Source: an uncultured cyanobacterium (GTDB lineage: Bacteria; Cyanobacteriota; Cyanobacteriia; Pseudanabaenales; Pseudanabaenaceae). Taken from it: a stretch of 64,000 nucleotides of DNA. The stretch covers positions 3,680,001-3,744,000 of the forward strand of contig OY969811.1 in the NCBI GenBank assembly GCA_963703315.1, read 5' to 3'. This document shows, one piece after another, positions 1 to 9,609 of this stretch (the first letter of the stretch is position 1; every line of letters begins with the position of its first letter). The position numbers and the translations under genes are program-made. The notes under the pieces were generated by a model that searched no databases, was not told the origin of the DNA, and saw only the letters and a program-made list of their open reading frames with translations.

Positions 1-2240
1 ATTAATGAGTCTTCCCATGCTGGTAATTCTGAACTATCTGAATTTTTATTATAAAGTAAGATCAGCGATTCTTCAGAATCAGATGCTTGATCATTAAAAG
101 AGTTATTAAAGAACTGTTCGATTTGATCTTCCATCCCATTGTCTTGAATCTCTTTAGCTGCATCTAATGTATCTAAATTAATTTCTTCAGATGAGATAGA
201 ATTAAGTTGAGAAGCATTAAAAATCTCTAGTTCGGGTATCGAACTATTGGTCATTGGTGATTGAGTTTTTTCATGGTTAGGCAATTTCGCCATATCGAGG
301 GCTTCATTTCCTAACCATGACAATAAATCTTCATCAGGAGAAACATCAGCAATATTAGTAGCGGGGGGGCGATTATTACTCTCTTCTAACCATTGTAAAA
401 GCTGAGGATCATCGATTGACTGACCAGACTCACTCACTAATTCTAGAGGAGAAGAGAATGATGGTGAATTTAGATCACGGCTTTCTACTCTATACTCTTC
501 TATTTGATTTCTGTCGATATCGTATTCTGCAACTATTTGAGTTGCTGCTTCTACATCAAAGTCAGGATCGAGTTCCTGAGAGTCTATAATATTTTGATGT
601 TCTTGGAGATCAAGATGATCTGGTTTAAAGTCATCTAATTCATTAAAAGGATTAGCATTGCTACTTATCTCACTGGCATCTTCAAATAGAGTGTCAGAGG
701 ATGCACCTAAGATACTTTCAATTTCAGGAACATCAATTTGAATATTTTCACTATTACTTATAGAATCCTGATCGTCTTCTAACTCTAAAGATAACAAATC
801 ATTTTGAAAAGGTTCAGCTTCAAGGAAGGATTCTTCAATATCTGGAACTGTTTCAATAATGGGCGGAGCGATCGCTTCTCCAAACTCATTTCCAGCGAGT
901 AATGCATTAATCAGATTCTCATCCGCAGGTTCAGTAAACTCTTCTAGATACCGTGACGGAATCTCATCTGGCAACTCAGGCAAGATATTGGCTACTTCTG
1001 ATGATATTCCAGTCGAACTCGGAGGCTGATATTCAGACTGTTGGCTAATCCGATCAACTAAGGCACTAATTAAGGCTTCCCCTTTTTGTTCAAGGGTCTC
1101 CATGTGACCCAGCTTAGCTTGGATCGATGTTTGATAACCTTGAATTTCCTGCTCTAGGGATTGAAATGTCGAATTAAACATTTCGTCTAGATGTAGCAAA
1201 AAGCGATCGGTTTGCTCCTGTACCTTGTTAACGAATTCTTCTTCGCGTGGAGGCTCTATAGGGTTAGGGTTAGGGTTAGCAGCTACCAAGTTAGCGGCTG
1301 AGTTAACGGCTGATAGGTTAGCTAAATTATCTTGCAGAGTCTGTGCAACAGTTTGATTAACGCTGTCAGCAACACTTACCGCTACGGTTTGCTGCACTGT
1401 TTGCTGCACCGTTTGCTGCACTGTTTGCTGTAATGTATCGGAAATTTGATCACGGACATAGTTGTCAACTGATCGGAGCGATCTATCTAATGATTCCTGT
1501 TGAGCAGCTTGAAAGTCTTGAAACTGCTGCATCCAATTAGCACGATCAGATTCTAGCTGCGAGATTTCAGCGTTTAACTTTTGTTTGTGCTGATTTAAAG
1601 TGATTAATTCTTGACTTATTTGCGATCGCTGTTGAGTCTCGACAATTTTATGTAAGTTCGCCGAAATTTCACCCACCATGAGCGCTCTTTCTACGGCAAG
1701 GGTTTGACTGACTACCTGCTGCACCGATTGCTGGACTGACTCTTTGACAACTTGTTGCAATGTTTGTTGAATTGCTTGCTGGAGTGCAACAATCATGCGA
1801 TCGTTGACAAATGTAGAATTTGGCTCAGGGATGCCATTCGTCATTGTGCTAGTCTCCTGTGTCAAGTTAAAGTCAGGGTCAAATATGTTGCTAGTTGCTG
1901 GGATAACTAATGAGGGCGTTAATGCTTCTAGTGTATCTGTTTTAAATTTACCTGTCTTCACTTCTTTGGCGGTTACTACATTGTTAGGGTCAGCGTCACT
2001 ATCTAAATCTGGATTTGCAAAAAGGTGTTCTTGCAAATGAAAAACTAAAGCTTGATATTGCTCATCTAAATTACTCAAGTGTGCGTCATCTGTCAGACCT
2101 TCTAGGTGCGATCGCAACTGTTTTAGCTTCTCTCTATGCTGAATCGTATCTGAAGATGCTTTCCTAGATACTGAGCCAACTGGACGACTCAGCGATAAGT
2201 TGATTTCATCGATCAAACTATTAATCAGGACTTTTGACAT
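1..2240 (-). CDS. Large coiled-coil/acidic low-complexity protein with a SepJ-like coiled-coil segment (3' end runs off the window)
   Basis: Not in the ORF track (no stop in window). ATG at 2240 (MSKVLINSLIDEIN...); frame open where I spot-checked. Q-rich heptads, then LDEMFNSTFQSLEQEIQGYQTSIQAKLGHMETLEQKGEALISALVDRI, then a D/E/S-rich tail. Confidence 0.7.
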   Translation of the reverse strand, partial: MSKVLINSLIDEINLSLSRPVGSVSRKASSDTIQHREKLKQLRSHLEGLTDDAHLSNLDEQYQALVFHLQEHLFANPDLDSDADPNNVVTAKEVKTGKFKTDTLEALTPSLVIPATSNIFDPDFNLTQETSTMTNGIPEPNSTFVNDRMIVALQQAIQQTLQQVVKESVQQSVQQVVSQTLAVERALMVGEISANLHKIVETQQRSQISQELITLNQHKQKLNAEISQLESDRANWMQQFQDFQAAQQESLDRSLRSVDNYVRDQISDTLQQTVQQTVQQTVQQTVAVSVADSVNQTVAQTLQDNLANLSAVNSAANLVAANPNPNPIEPPREEEFVNKVQEQTDRFLLHLDEMFNSTFQSLEQEIQGYQTSIQAKLGHMETLEQKGEALISALVDRISQQSEYQPPSSTGISSEVANILPELPDEIPSRYLEEFTEPADENLINALLAGNEFGEAIAPPIIETVPDIEESFLEAEPFQNDLLSLELEDDQDSISNSENIQIDVPEIESILGASSDTLFEDASEISSNANPFNELDDFKPDHLDLQEHQNIIDSQELDPDFDVEAATQIVAEYDIDRNQIEEYRVESRDLNSPSFSSPLELVSESGQSIDDPQLLQWLEESNNRPPATNIADVSPDEDLLSWLGNEALDMAKLPNHEKTQSPMTNSSIPELEIFNASQLNSISSEEINLDTLDAAKEIQDNGMEDQIEQFFNNSFNDQASDSEESLILLYNKNSDSSELPAWEDSL
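1385..1432 (-). repeat. 12-nt tandem repeat encoding (QQTV)n
   Basis: GTTTGCTGCAC(T/C) units repeated about 4 times inside the CDS. Confidence 0.7.
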
Positions 2241-2272
2241 AACACCCCCTACAAGACCTCCATAACGACAGA

Positions 2273-2391
2273 TAAGGGATTTCCTCAAATTTATAGCTTA
2301 GAATTCTGCGATTTAATAAAGAACTAGATTTTTTGTGGTGCGGTGAAGCCACTCCACAAAAAATCGATTCTTTTTTACTGCACGTCCCTTA
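2273..2391. repeat. Degenerate MITE/REP-like palindromic element
   Basis: Ends TAAGGGA...TCCCTTA; central imperfect hairpin GATTTTTTGTGG...CCACAAAAAATC. Confidence 0.5.
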
Positions 2392-2557
2392 AAGATCCAT
2401 AAATCCGAAGATTACTAAAATTGACCAACAAATTTACGGTTAAATGAGCTAAACTCTAAAGCCAAATTTGTTAGCAGACAATAGCACACATCTTTCCCAG
2501 TTTTTTGCTAATGTCTTAGCGATTTTCTATAAATTTTTTTGTGAGTTTCTGGCGAAG

Positions 2558-3073
2558 ATGACTATGAAAACCAAATCGCAGGTTTCTCCGATTTTGACTA
2601 CCCTTATAGCGTTTTTCAGTCTAGTGAAGTACGGGTTTGTTTCCCCGCCTTCGGCGGGGAAACAAACCTATGTAACTCGCTTACTTGAAAAGCGCTATAA
2701 GCAAGTTCATAAATTAAGCAACTACTTACTGATCTACGCGATCGCCACCTTATCAACTATGGCGATCGCTAGTAGTGCCTTAGCTGAGCGCCGTGAGGTC
2801 GATATTAGGTTATTGGTAAATCAAGATGAAGGATTTACAGTAATGACCCGCAAAGCCGAAATTCTAGCGCGATCGGCAGCTCAGAATGCTTTTGATCGTG
2901 ATGTGCTTATATCTGATGTCTCGGTCAAAGTAACGGCTCAAAATCCCAATCGTGATCAAGCCGCAATTATTTTACAACTGATCGTTTCCCGCCGCGATTG
3001 GGCAAGCCGTCCCGATCCTAAAATATGGGCAACTTACTTTCCAATGGCAAAAACATTGATTGGGATTCAATAA
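2558..3073 (+). CDS. Secreted cyanobacterial hypothetical protein carrying an in-frame MITE in its N-terminus
   Basis: ORF 2468..3073; ATG at 2558 (MTMKTKSQ) preferred over upstream TTG. Signal-like segment LLIYAIATLSTMAIASSALA; C-terminal WASRPDPKIWATYF. Confidence 0.65.
   Translation: MTMKTKSQVSPILTTLIAFFSLVKYGFVSPPSAGKQTYVTRLLEKRYKQVHKLSNYLLIYAIATLSTMAIASSALAERREVDIRLLVNQDEGFTVMTRKAEILARSAAQNAFDRDVLISDVSVKVTAQNPNRDQAAIILQLIVSRRDWASRPDPKIWATYFPMAKTLIGIQ
2605..2699. mobile_element. MITE family A, copy 1 (TA target duplication)
   Basis: TIRs TTATAGCGTTTTTCA / TGAAAAGCGCTATAA (1 mismatch); central hairpin GGTTTGTTTCCCCGCC-TTC-GGCGGGGAAACAAACC; second copy at 18361-18446. Confidence 0.85.
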
Positions 3074-3075
3074 AA

Positions 3076-3138
3076 ATAAGGGCAGTGCTTTGCACTGCCC
3101 TTATAAAAAAGAGGTAACGCATAGCGTTGCCTCTTTTT
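3076..3138. terminator. Two tandem hairpins between convergent genes (bidirectional terminator)
   Basis: ATAAGGGCAGTGC-TTT-GCACTGCCCTTAT and AAAAAGAGGTAACGC-ATA-GCGTTGCCTCTTTTT. Confidence 0.75.
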
Positions 3139-3145
3139 CTTGAGA

Positions 3146-4756
3146 TTAGAACGAGAATACAGTTCTCAAAGTACCAACAAAGATGGTGCTGTTGGTGGTG
3201 CTGTTGTTAGGATTGAAGATGAATTGAACGTCAGGGGTAATTCTGATGTTGTTGGTGATTGGCAAGTTATAGAACAACTCTACGTTGGTCTGAGATGCGT
3301 TGCCAATTTTGCTTTCGATGAAAGGTTGACCAACAGCAATACCAGCCAAAGCGCCTTCCTTGAACAAGTCAGGGAATGCAAAACCAACTGCCCAAGTTTG
3401 AGGATTCAAGTTATTGGTAGCAACGCTAGGTGTAAAACCAGCAGTATAGCCAGTACCAATAGCAGCAGTACGAGCATCTAATGTACCGAAGCCATAGCGA
3501 CCAAAGAGGGCAATTCCCTTAGAGAATTTCCACTCAACGTTGACACCACCACTGTTGACACTAGTATTGTTGACAGATCCGTTGGTGTAGAGCAGTTTAA
3601 TCGCAAAAGTCTTATCGCCAGCTTCGTTCTTAGGAGCAAACTCTAGCTCACCACTAAGTTGGTAAGCATCACCGAATAAGCCTTGGTTGGTTGCGGCGAA
3701 TGTAGGGCTGCTACCATTGCCAGCTAGGTAAAGACCACGCAAGCTGAAAGCACTCTTACCGATGTTCCAGTCGAAAGCAGCACCTGCGCCACCATTTTGA
3801 CCATTAATCAAAATGTGGAGAGGATTGTTGATGAAGAATGTCGAAGCAAAATCGTAGGCTTCATTGTTAGCATAGCTATTGGTGTCGATGTGATCATAGG
3901 CGTGCATCACAGGTCCAATAGAGAGACGAGCATCTCCAACAGTGAAATCATAGCGGAGCTTACCAAGGGTGAAAGTTGAACCACTAGTTAGACCTGTGTA
4001 GTCTTGACCATACGTACCAAAGCCAATATTGCTAGTCACTCCCGTAGTACCAGTAGTACTCAAAGCGCCCAGTGTTCCAGGAATATTAGCCGTACCATTG
4101 CCAACTTCGAGTCTGGTCTTCAACAGGTCGCTGCCAGTGAAGCTAGTGTTGAGGTCTAAACGAACCCGACTAGATACGAAAACGTTAGTGCTGGTGGGGA
4201 AGGTTGCTAGATTGTTTCCGCTAGCTGCTTGTGCTGAGAAGATTGCTTCGCCAGATAGCTTAGTGGTGGTGGAGAACTGTTGAGCTTCGAGCTTAGCGGT
4301 CTTAGCATCAAGAGCATCGACACGACCACGAAGGGTGGCGAGTTCAGCAGCAAATTCTTCTTGAAGCTTTTGTAAGGTGGCGAGGTCTTCTTTGCTAACT
4401 TTGTCAGCAAGCCCTGCGGAGATGATTTCGTTGATCTTGTCTAAGCAAGCATTCAAACCAGCAGCGAATTCATAACGACTGGTTGCTTGTTTGCCACGAA
4501 ACGTGCGATCGGGATAGCCAGCGATACAACCGTAGCGCTCGACCAAGGATTGCAATGCGGTGAAAGCCCAGTCAGTAGGCTTAACATCGCTAAGTTGAGA
4601 TACTGAAGTTACATTTTGGGCAACAGGATCATTGGTAATAGCTTGACTAACTTGTGAAACACCTGTTGTTTCTGCAAGTGCGGGAGTTGCAGCGACTGCA
4701 CCAATAACGCCCAACAAGCTGAGACTACCAACTAAATTTAAAGATACTTTTTTCAT
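3146..4756 (-). CDS. Cyanobacterial outer-membrane porin (SLH domain + OprB-type barrel; Som/iron-uptake porin family)
   Basis: VTSVSQLSDVKPTDWAFTALQSLVERYGCIAGYPD SLH motif, QFSTTTKLSGE, C-terminal GTLRTVFSF. ATG at 4756 has a GAGGAG RBS (the ORF track starts at 4828). Confidence 0.95.
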   Translation of the reverse strand: MKKVSLNLVGSLSLLGVIGAVAATPALAETTGVSQVSQAITNDPVAQNVTSVSQLSDVKPTDWAFTALQSLVERYGCIAGYPDRTFRGKQATSRYEFAAGLNACLDKINEIISAGLADKVSKEDLATLQKLQEEFAAELATLRGRVDALDAKTAKLEAQQFSTTTKLSGEAIFSAQAASGNNLATFPTSTNVFVSSRVRLDLNTSFTGSDLLKTRLEVGNGTANIPGTLGALSTTGTTGVTSNIGFGTYGQDYTGLTSGSTFTLGKLRYDFTVGDARLSIGPVMHAYDHIDTNSYANNEAYDFASTFFINNPLHILINGQNGGAGAAFDWNIGKSAFSLRGLYLAGNGSSPTFAATNQGLFGDAYQLSGELEFAPKNEAGDKTFAIKLLYTNGSVNNTSVNSGGVNVEWKFSKGIALFGRYGFGTLDARTAAIGTGYTAGFTPSVATNNLNPQTWAVGFAFPDLFKEGALAGIAVGQPFIESKIGNASQTNVELFYNLPITNNIRITPDVQFIFNPNNSTTNSTIFVGTLRTVFSF

Positions 4757-4934
4757 GATTCCACTCCTCACGAGAGTCAATTTTGGACTTATATGTTTAT
4801 GTAGTTTGTCAGAATACTTTTTGATCATGATTTATGTCACCGACATAATTTAATCAACCCTTGTAAGTCTGCAATAGATATACAAAGTAGCTTTTTACCA
4901 TCATTAAGTACTGTTAACTTAGATACATAAATTC

Positions 4935-4968
4935 TAAGATGTATGTATCGTAGCATACTTACATCTTA
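4935..4968. promoter_or_regulatory. Palindromic operator containing an NtcA-type GTA-N8-TAC box
   Basis: TAAGATGTATGTAT-CGTAGC-ATACTTACATCTTA (14-bp arms, 1 mismatch); GTATCGTAGCATAC at 4945-4958. Confidence 0.45.
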
Positions 4969-5000
4969 TGATAAATCATCCAATTGGGTTATCCCGAAGC

Positions 5001-5065
5001 TATAGTAGCAGCCAGTTATGTCAACCCCAAAAGAGAGTGGCGGCGCAACTCTCTTTTGGGATTTC
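5001..5065. repeat. MITE family B, degenerate copy
   Basis: TATAGTAGCAGCCAGTTATGTC...CCCAAAAGAGAGTGGCGGCGCAACTCTCTTTTGGG resembles the reverse complement of 60876-60984. Confidence 0.65.
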
Positions 5066-5158
5066 AGAAAACTAATTTGCCTAATTTATTGATTGGGCTT
5101 GCTAAGCATTAGCTTTGGGAGGATGCCACAGTAATCGTTTTAGACTTAAAATTCACAA

Positions 5159-5246
5159 TAAGTAGCTAAGCATAAATAAATTTAAAACCTAAAAACTTAT
5201 GCCTTCCACATAGCGAGCGGCATAAGTTCTGGTTCTTAGCTACTTA
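5159..5246. mobile_element. MITE family C, copy 1
   Basis: TIRs TAAGTAGCT...AGCTACTTA; aligns to the reverse complement of 55799-55902. Confidence 0.75.
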
Positions 5247-5274
5247 GCTAAATTTGCCCCATAAAATATTTTTT

Positions 5275-5955
5275 ATGTCTCTTCCCAATCAAAATTTAGA
5301 TTTGAGTGATATCTCCCAACAGTTAGAGAGTGAAAACTCACGCGATCGCCTCCGAGCCTTAGTCTCTCTTAGGGATTTATCTCCTGATGATGCTGTCCCT
5401 TTAATTTTGAAGGTAATTGATGATGACAATTTACAGATTCGCTCAATGGCAGTATTTGCACTAGGGCTGAAGCATACGGAAGATTGCTTTCCTGTCTTAG
5501 CAAGAATATTAGAAACTGAAAACGATTATGGAATTCGTGCCGATGCCGCAGGAGCTTTGGGGTATTTACAAGATAATCGAGCAGTTGAGCTTTTATTAAG
5601 AGCATTTTATGAAGATACGGAATGGTTGGTGCGATTTAGCGCGGCGGTATCTTTAGGGAATTTGGGGGATGTGCGAGCCTACGATGCATTAATCCAAGCA
5701 TTAGATAGTCATGAAACCATGTTGCATCAGGCAGCGATCGCCGCTTTAGGTGAAGTTGGAGACTTGCGTTGTGTCGATAAGATTTTACGATTTGTGCAGT
5801 CTGAAGATTGGTTGACTAGACAGCGCTTAGCTGAAGCTTTAGGGAATTTAAACTGTGAGAAAACTCTGTCGGCTTTGAATTATCTAGTTAAAGATGTGCA
5901 TCCACAGGTTGCATCGGCGGCAAAATACTCCCTTGATCGACTTGTGGCTGAATAG
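5275..5955 (+). CDS. nblB: PBS-lyase HEAT-repeat protein, NblB-like
   Basis: Tandem HEAT repeats (IRSMAVFALG, IRADAAGALGYL, FYEDTEWLVRFSAAVSLGNL). ATG at 5275. Confidence 0.8.
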   Translation: MSLPNQNLDLSDISQQLESENSRDRLRALVSLRDLSPDDAVPLILKVIDDDNLQIRSMAVFALGLKHTEDCFPVLARILETENDYGIRADAAGALGYLQDNRAVELLLRAFYEDTEWLVRFSAAVSLGNLGDVRAYDALIQALDSHETMLHQAAIAALGEVGDLRCVDKILRFVQSEDWLTRQRLAEALGNLNCEKTLSALNYLVKDVHPQVASAAKYSLDRLVAE

Positions 5956-6024
5956 ATTTCTCTACTTCTGCTCAGTAAAGTTTTAACAAATTTACAGGAG
6001 ATTCTCTTAGAGGATTTTAAAGAT

Positions 6025-7071
6025 ATGCCAATAATTTTGGCTGGTGATATTGGTGGGACTAAGACGCTTTTACGTCTAGCACATAAGCATTCTGACAAGC
6101 TTGAGGCATTGTATGAACAACGCTTTGCTAGTGCTAGTTATGCGAGTTTTACAGATGTTTTACGCGAATTTCTAGAGACAGCCAAAATACATCTAGGAGA
6201 TTTGCCAAATTTATCGGGAGCTTGTTTGGGGATTGCAGGACCTGTGCGCGATCGCCGATCGCAATTAACTAATTTAGGTTGGTCGTTTGATAGCGATCGC
6301 CTTGCCGAAGAGTTTAATATCGCTCATGTGAGTTTGATTAATGATTTTGTGGCGGTTGGTTATGGTGTGTTGGGATTACAGCCTAATGATTTATATACTT
6401 TGCAAAAGGGGAATGTAAAGGAGCGATCGCCTATTGGTGTTATCGGTGCAGGTACAGGTTTGGGAGAGGCATATTTAGGATGGAATGGTGATCGCTATGA
6501 AGTTTATGCCACAGAAGGGGGACATACGGATTTTGCCCCAAGGAATGAGCTAGAAATCGAGTTATTGCAATATTTGCAGAAGCGCCATGATCGCGTGTCG
6601 GTGGAGCGCGTAGTTTCAGGAATGGGGATTGTGGCGATTTATCAGTTTTTGCGCGATCGCCAATTTGCCCCTGAGTCAGCAGAAGTTGCTGAAAAAGTAC
6701 GGCTTTGGGAATCAGGTGATCTAAATGCTGATGTAGCAGCAGCGATCGCCAATGCTGCATTAAACAACTATGGAATTAATAGTGAAACTAATGTTGATCA
6801 TCTAGCTACGCAGACAATGCAAATGTTTGTAGAGGCTTATGCTGTCGAAGTTGGCAATTTAGCTTTGAAATTAATTCCTAATGGTGGCTTATATATCGCG
6901 GGTGGCATTGCTCCTAAAATATTGCCCTTGTTCCAAGACGGAAAGTTTTTGCAGATTCTCAAAAACAAAGGAAGAGTTAACTCTGTTCTAGAAGATATTC
7001 CGATTCACATAGTTCTTAATCCTGAAGTTGGGCTAATTGGAGCGATGCTTTACGCAGCCAACTTTATTTGA
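6025..7071 (+). CDS. glk: Glucokinase
   Basis: LAGDIGGT, LINDF, GAGTGLG, EGGHTDF, GGLYIAGGIAPK motifs. Confidence 0.95.
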   Translation: MPIILAGDIGGTKTLLRLAHKHSDKLEALYEQRFASASYASFTDVLREFLETAKIHLGDLPNLSGACLGIAGPVRDRRSQLTNLGWSFDSDRLAEEFNIAHVSLINDFVAVGYGVLGLQPNDLYTLQKGNVKERSPIGVIGAGTGLGEAYLGWNGDRYEVYATEGGHTDFAPRNELEIELLQYLQKRHDRVSVERVVSGMGIVAIYQFLRDRQFAPESAEVAEKVRLWESGDLNADVAAAIANAALNNYGINSETNVDHLATQTMQMFVEAYAVEVGNLALKLIPNGGLYIAGGIAPKILPLFQDGKFLQILKNKGRVNSVLEDIPIHIVLNPEVGLIGAMLYAANFI

Positions 7072-7501
7072 GGCGCGATCGGATGTTATCGCCTACAGGT
7101 AATGGAAATACTTGATTGATTCTTTCTGGCGATTTTTTTAAATCAGCGATCGCCAAGAAATTCAATACCGTAAAGTGAGTTTTTTCTACGGCGGCAACTT
7201 TAACTGCGCCTTCGTCAAGTAGTGTTTTGTTACTATATATTTTTACCCAGATGTAATATTTGGGCAAAGCAACACCCACTTGGGTTGGTATGTCTCGCAA
7301 TAGTTCATACTCAACAGTTACAACTTCTTTGTAGATGTCCCGAAAATAGATTGTGAGATCGCGTTTAAGAAGTTTGTGAAACTGTTTAGGCACATTGCCC
7401 TGAATGTGTGAACCTTGAACGATCGCTAATGGATGTAATAGCTTTAATGGGGGATATCCAAAGCTAGCAATTCCCATAAATACGATCAAGCTATAGGTCA
7501 T
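7064..7501 (-). CDS. Hypothetical protein with N-terminal hydrophobic segment
   Basis: 145-aa ORF downstream of pdxH; no family recognised. Confidence 0.6.
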   Translation of the reverse strand: MTYSLIVFMGIASFGYPPLKLLHPLAIVQGSHIQGNVPKQFHKLLKRDLTIYFRDIYKEVVTVEYELLRDIPTQVGVALPKYYIWVKIYSNKTLLDEGAVKVAAVEKTHFTVLNFLAIADLKKSPERINQVFPLPVGDNIRSRLK

Positions 7502-7537
7502 AGTTAGCCTCTAGATAGAGAGAGAAACATTATAAGT

Positions 7538-8176
7538 TTAAGGAGCTAGTCTTTGAATTTGCCATGATTGATCTTCTTGTATTGTATATAAGAAGCGATC
7601 GTGCAGGCGATTCGGACAACCTTGCCAAAACTCAAAACTATTAGGAACAACTCGATATCCTCCCCAAAAATCAGGTAATGGAATCTCTCCGTCTAAAAAT
7701 TTGTGCTTAATCTGTTCAAATTGCATTAGTAGAAGCTGTCGTGAAGAAATAACAGAACTTTGTTGAGAAGTCCATGCTCCTAACTGGCTACCTCTAGGAC
7801 GAGAGGTAAAGTATTCCCAAGATTCAGCAGTAGTAACTTTCTCGGCATTGCCTGTAATGTGGACTTGTCGCTGTAGTGGCAACCAAGTAAATAAAATCGA
7901 AACATGGGGATTAGATCCAATTTGTTGAGCTTTGCGACTTTCATAATTGGTGAAAAACACAAACCCATTAACATCAAAATATTTTAGTAATACTGTCCGC
8001 ATGAAGGGCTGACCTTGCTCGGAAACGGTCGATAGCGTCATGGCATTAGGTTCGAGTAAATCAGCATTACAAGCTTGCTGAAACCAAGTCTCAAATTGCT
8101 TAAAGGGATCATCTTGCAGGTCTTTGCGTCTTAGTTGTCCTTTTTTATATTCTTCTCTTAGTGCGTGAATATCCAT
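7538..8176 (-). CDS. pdxH: Pyridoxamine 5'-phosphate oxidase
   Basis: EPNAMTLST, RTVLLK, FFTNYESRK, SRPRGSQLGAW, EFWQG..RLHDR. Confidence 0.97.
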   Translation of the reverse strand: MDIHALREEYKKGQLRRKDLQDDPFKQFETWFQQACNADLLEPNAMTLSTVSEQGQPFMRTVLLKYFDVNGFVFFTNYESRKAQQIGSNPHVSILFTWLPLQRQVHITGNAEKVTTAESWEYFTSRPRGSQLGAWTSQQSSVISSRQLLLMQFEQIKHKFLDGEIPLPDFWGGYRVVPNSFEFWQGCPNRLHDRFLYTIQEDQSWQIQRLAP

Positions 8177-8316
8177 TTTGTGATTGCTTGAGGTTAACTT
8201 CAGGACTTCAGTATATAGCGATTTCCCATCGTGTGAGATATCAGGGATTTAGAAAATTGATAAATTTAGGGGTAGAGCATTTGCGCTGATATTTGTAAAT
8301 CATCACCGAAATCTCT

Positions 8317-9609
8317 TAGGGCAACCGCACACGTTTCTTAACAAACTAGCGAACATTTCTTAACGAGGAAAAAAGGGAGAAACGGGAGAATTGAGGATAT
8401 TTAGAAAGATAAGTCCAAAATGCTAGCAACAGTCAGTCCCGTCGGATTAATCGAAACCCACTTTGGGAACTTGCAAGATCCCAGAGCAGCACACAGTATC
8501 CTGCATAAGCTACTCGACATATTGATAATCACGATTTGTGCAGTGATCTGTGGAGCCGATAACTTCGTAGCAATCGCCGAATATGGCAAAGAGAAAGAAG
8601 AATGGTTAAAGACATTTTTGGAATTAGCAAACGGCATACCGTCAGTAGATACATTCGAGAGATTATTTGCGAGACTGAAGCCAGAAGCATTGCAAAAAAG
8701 CTTTATTAGCTGGATGGAAGCAGTCCATGAATCCACCGACGGAGAATTGATAAACATAGATGGCAAAACCCTGAGAGGAGCAAAGGAAGCAGGAAATTCG
8801 CGTAGTCTGATTCATATGGTGAGTGTGTGGTCAGCATCACAACATTTGGTATTGGGACAGCAAAAAGTGGACGAGAAATCCAATGAAATAACAGCGATTC
8901 CATCATTGCTAAAAATGTTAGCGATACGAGGTTGTGTGGTGAGCATAGATGCAATGGGATGTCAGACCGAAATCGCGAAAACAATCATCGAAGAGGGAGC
9001 AGATTATGTGTTAGCACTGAAAGGCAATCAAGGTAATCTCCATAAAGATGTGCGTGAACTATTTACCTCTGCACGAGAACAGAACTTCAAAAATATTGAA
9101 CATCAGTTCTATGAAACGGTTGAGAAAGGACATGGGCGCATTGAAACTCGTCGCTATTGGACAATGGGTAATACCGAATACTTAATCGGTGCAGAGAAAT
9201 GGATAGGTTTGAAAAGTATTGGTATGGTTGAATCAGAGCGCATTATAAATGGAATTATTTCTACTGAGCAGCGATACTATCTGCTTAGTCTTGAGAGTGA
9301 TGTCCACAGATTTTCCCAATCTGTCAGAAATCACTGGAGTATTGAAAATCAACTACATTGGATTCTTGATGTTGGTTTTGGTGAAGATGCTTCGCAATCC
9401 TGCCGAGGCTATATTGCCGAAAACTTGGCTGTTATACGTCATATCAGTTTAAATTTGTTGTCAAGAGATAAAAACAGTAAGGTCGGTGTCAAGACAAAAC
9501 GTCTTAAAGCTGGCTGGAACAACAACTATCTTAAGGATATCCTGAGTACCTTAAACATAGTCGCTGTCTAAATCTCGTTAATTGTTAAGAAACGTGTGCG
9601 GTTGCCCTA
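8317..9609 (+). mobile_element. ISAs1-family insertion sequence, 1293 bp, intact
   Basis: Perfect 28-bp TIRs TAGGGCAACCGCACACGTTTCTTAACAA (8317-8344 and 9582-9609); 9-bp TSD GAAATCTCT (8308-8316 and 9610-9618). Confidence 0.97.
8420..9571 (+). CDS. ISAs1-family DDE transposase
   Basis: DPR..H, IDGKTLRG, KSNEITAIP, DAMGCQ, LKGNQG, HGRIETR, RNHWSIENQLHWILDV. Confidence 0.97.
   Translation: MLATVSPVGLIETHFGNLQDPRAAHSILHKLLDILIITICAVICGADNFVAIAEYGKEKEEWLKTFLELANGIPSVDTFERLFARLKPEALQKSFISWMEAVHESTDGELINIDGKTLRGAKEAGNSRSLIHMVSVWSASQHLVLGQQKVDEKSNEITAIPSLLKMLAIRGCVVSIDAMGCQTEIAKTIIEEGADYVLALKGNQGNLHKDVRELFTSAREQNFKNIEHQFYETVEKGHGRIETRRYWTMGNTEYLIGAEKWIGLKSIGMVESERIINGIISTEQRYYLLSLESDVHRFSQSVRNHWSIENQLHWILDVGFGEDASQSCRGYIAENLAVIRHISLNLLSRDKNSKVGVKTKRLKAGWNNNYLKDILSTLNIVAV

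Noticed and set aside
1259..1279. Telomere-like (TTAGGG)3 run
   Set aside because: Encodes NPNPNP in the minus-strand CDS; too short to mean more.
1795..2040. Short shadow ORFs in the track (also 3140, 26892, 59230, 61317, 63232-63569 and others)
   Set aside because: Antisense or alternate-frame to well-supported genes, the tRNA or repeats.
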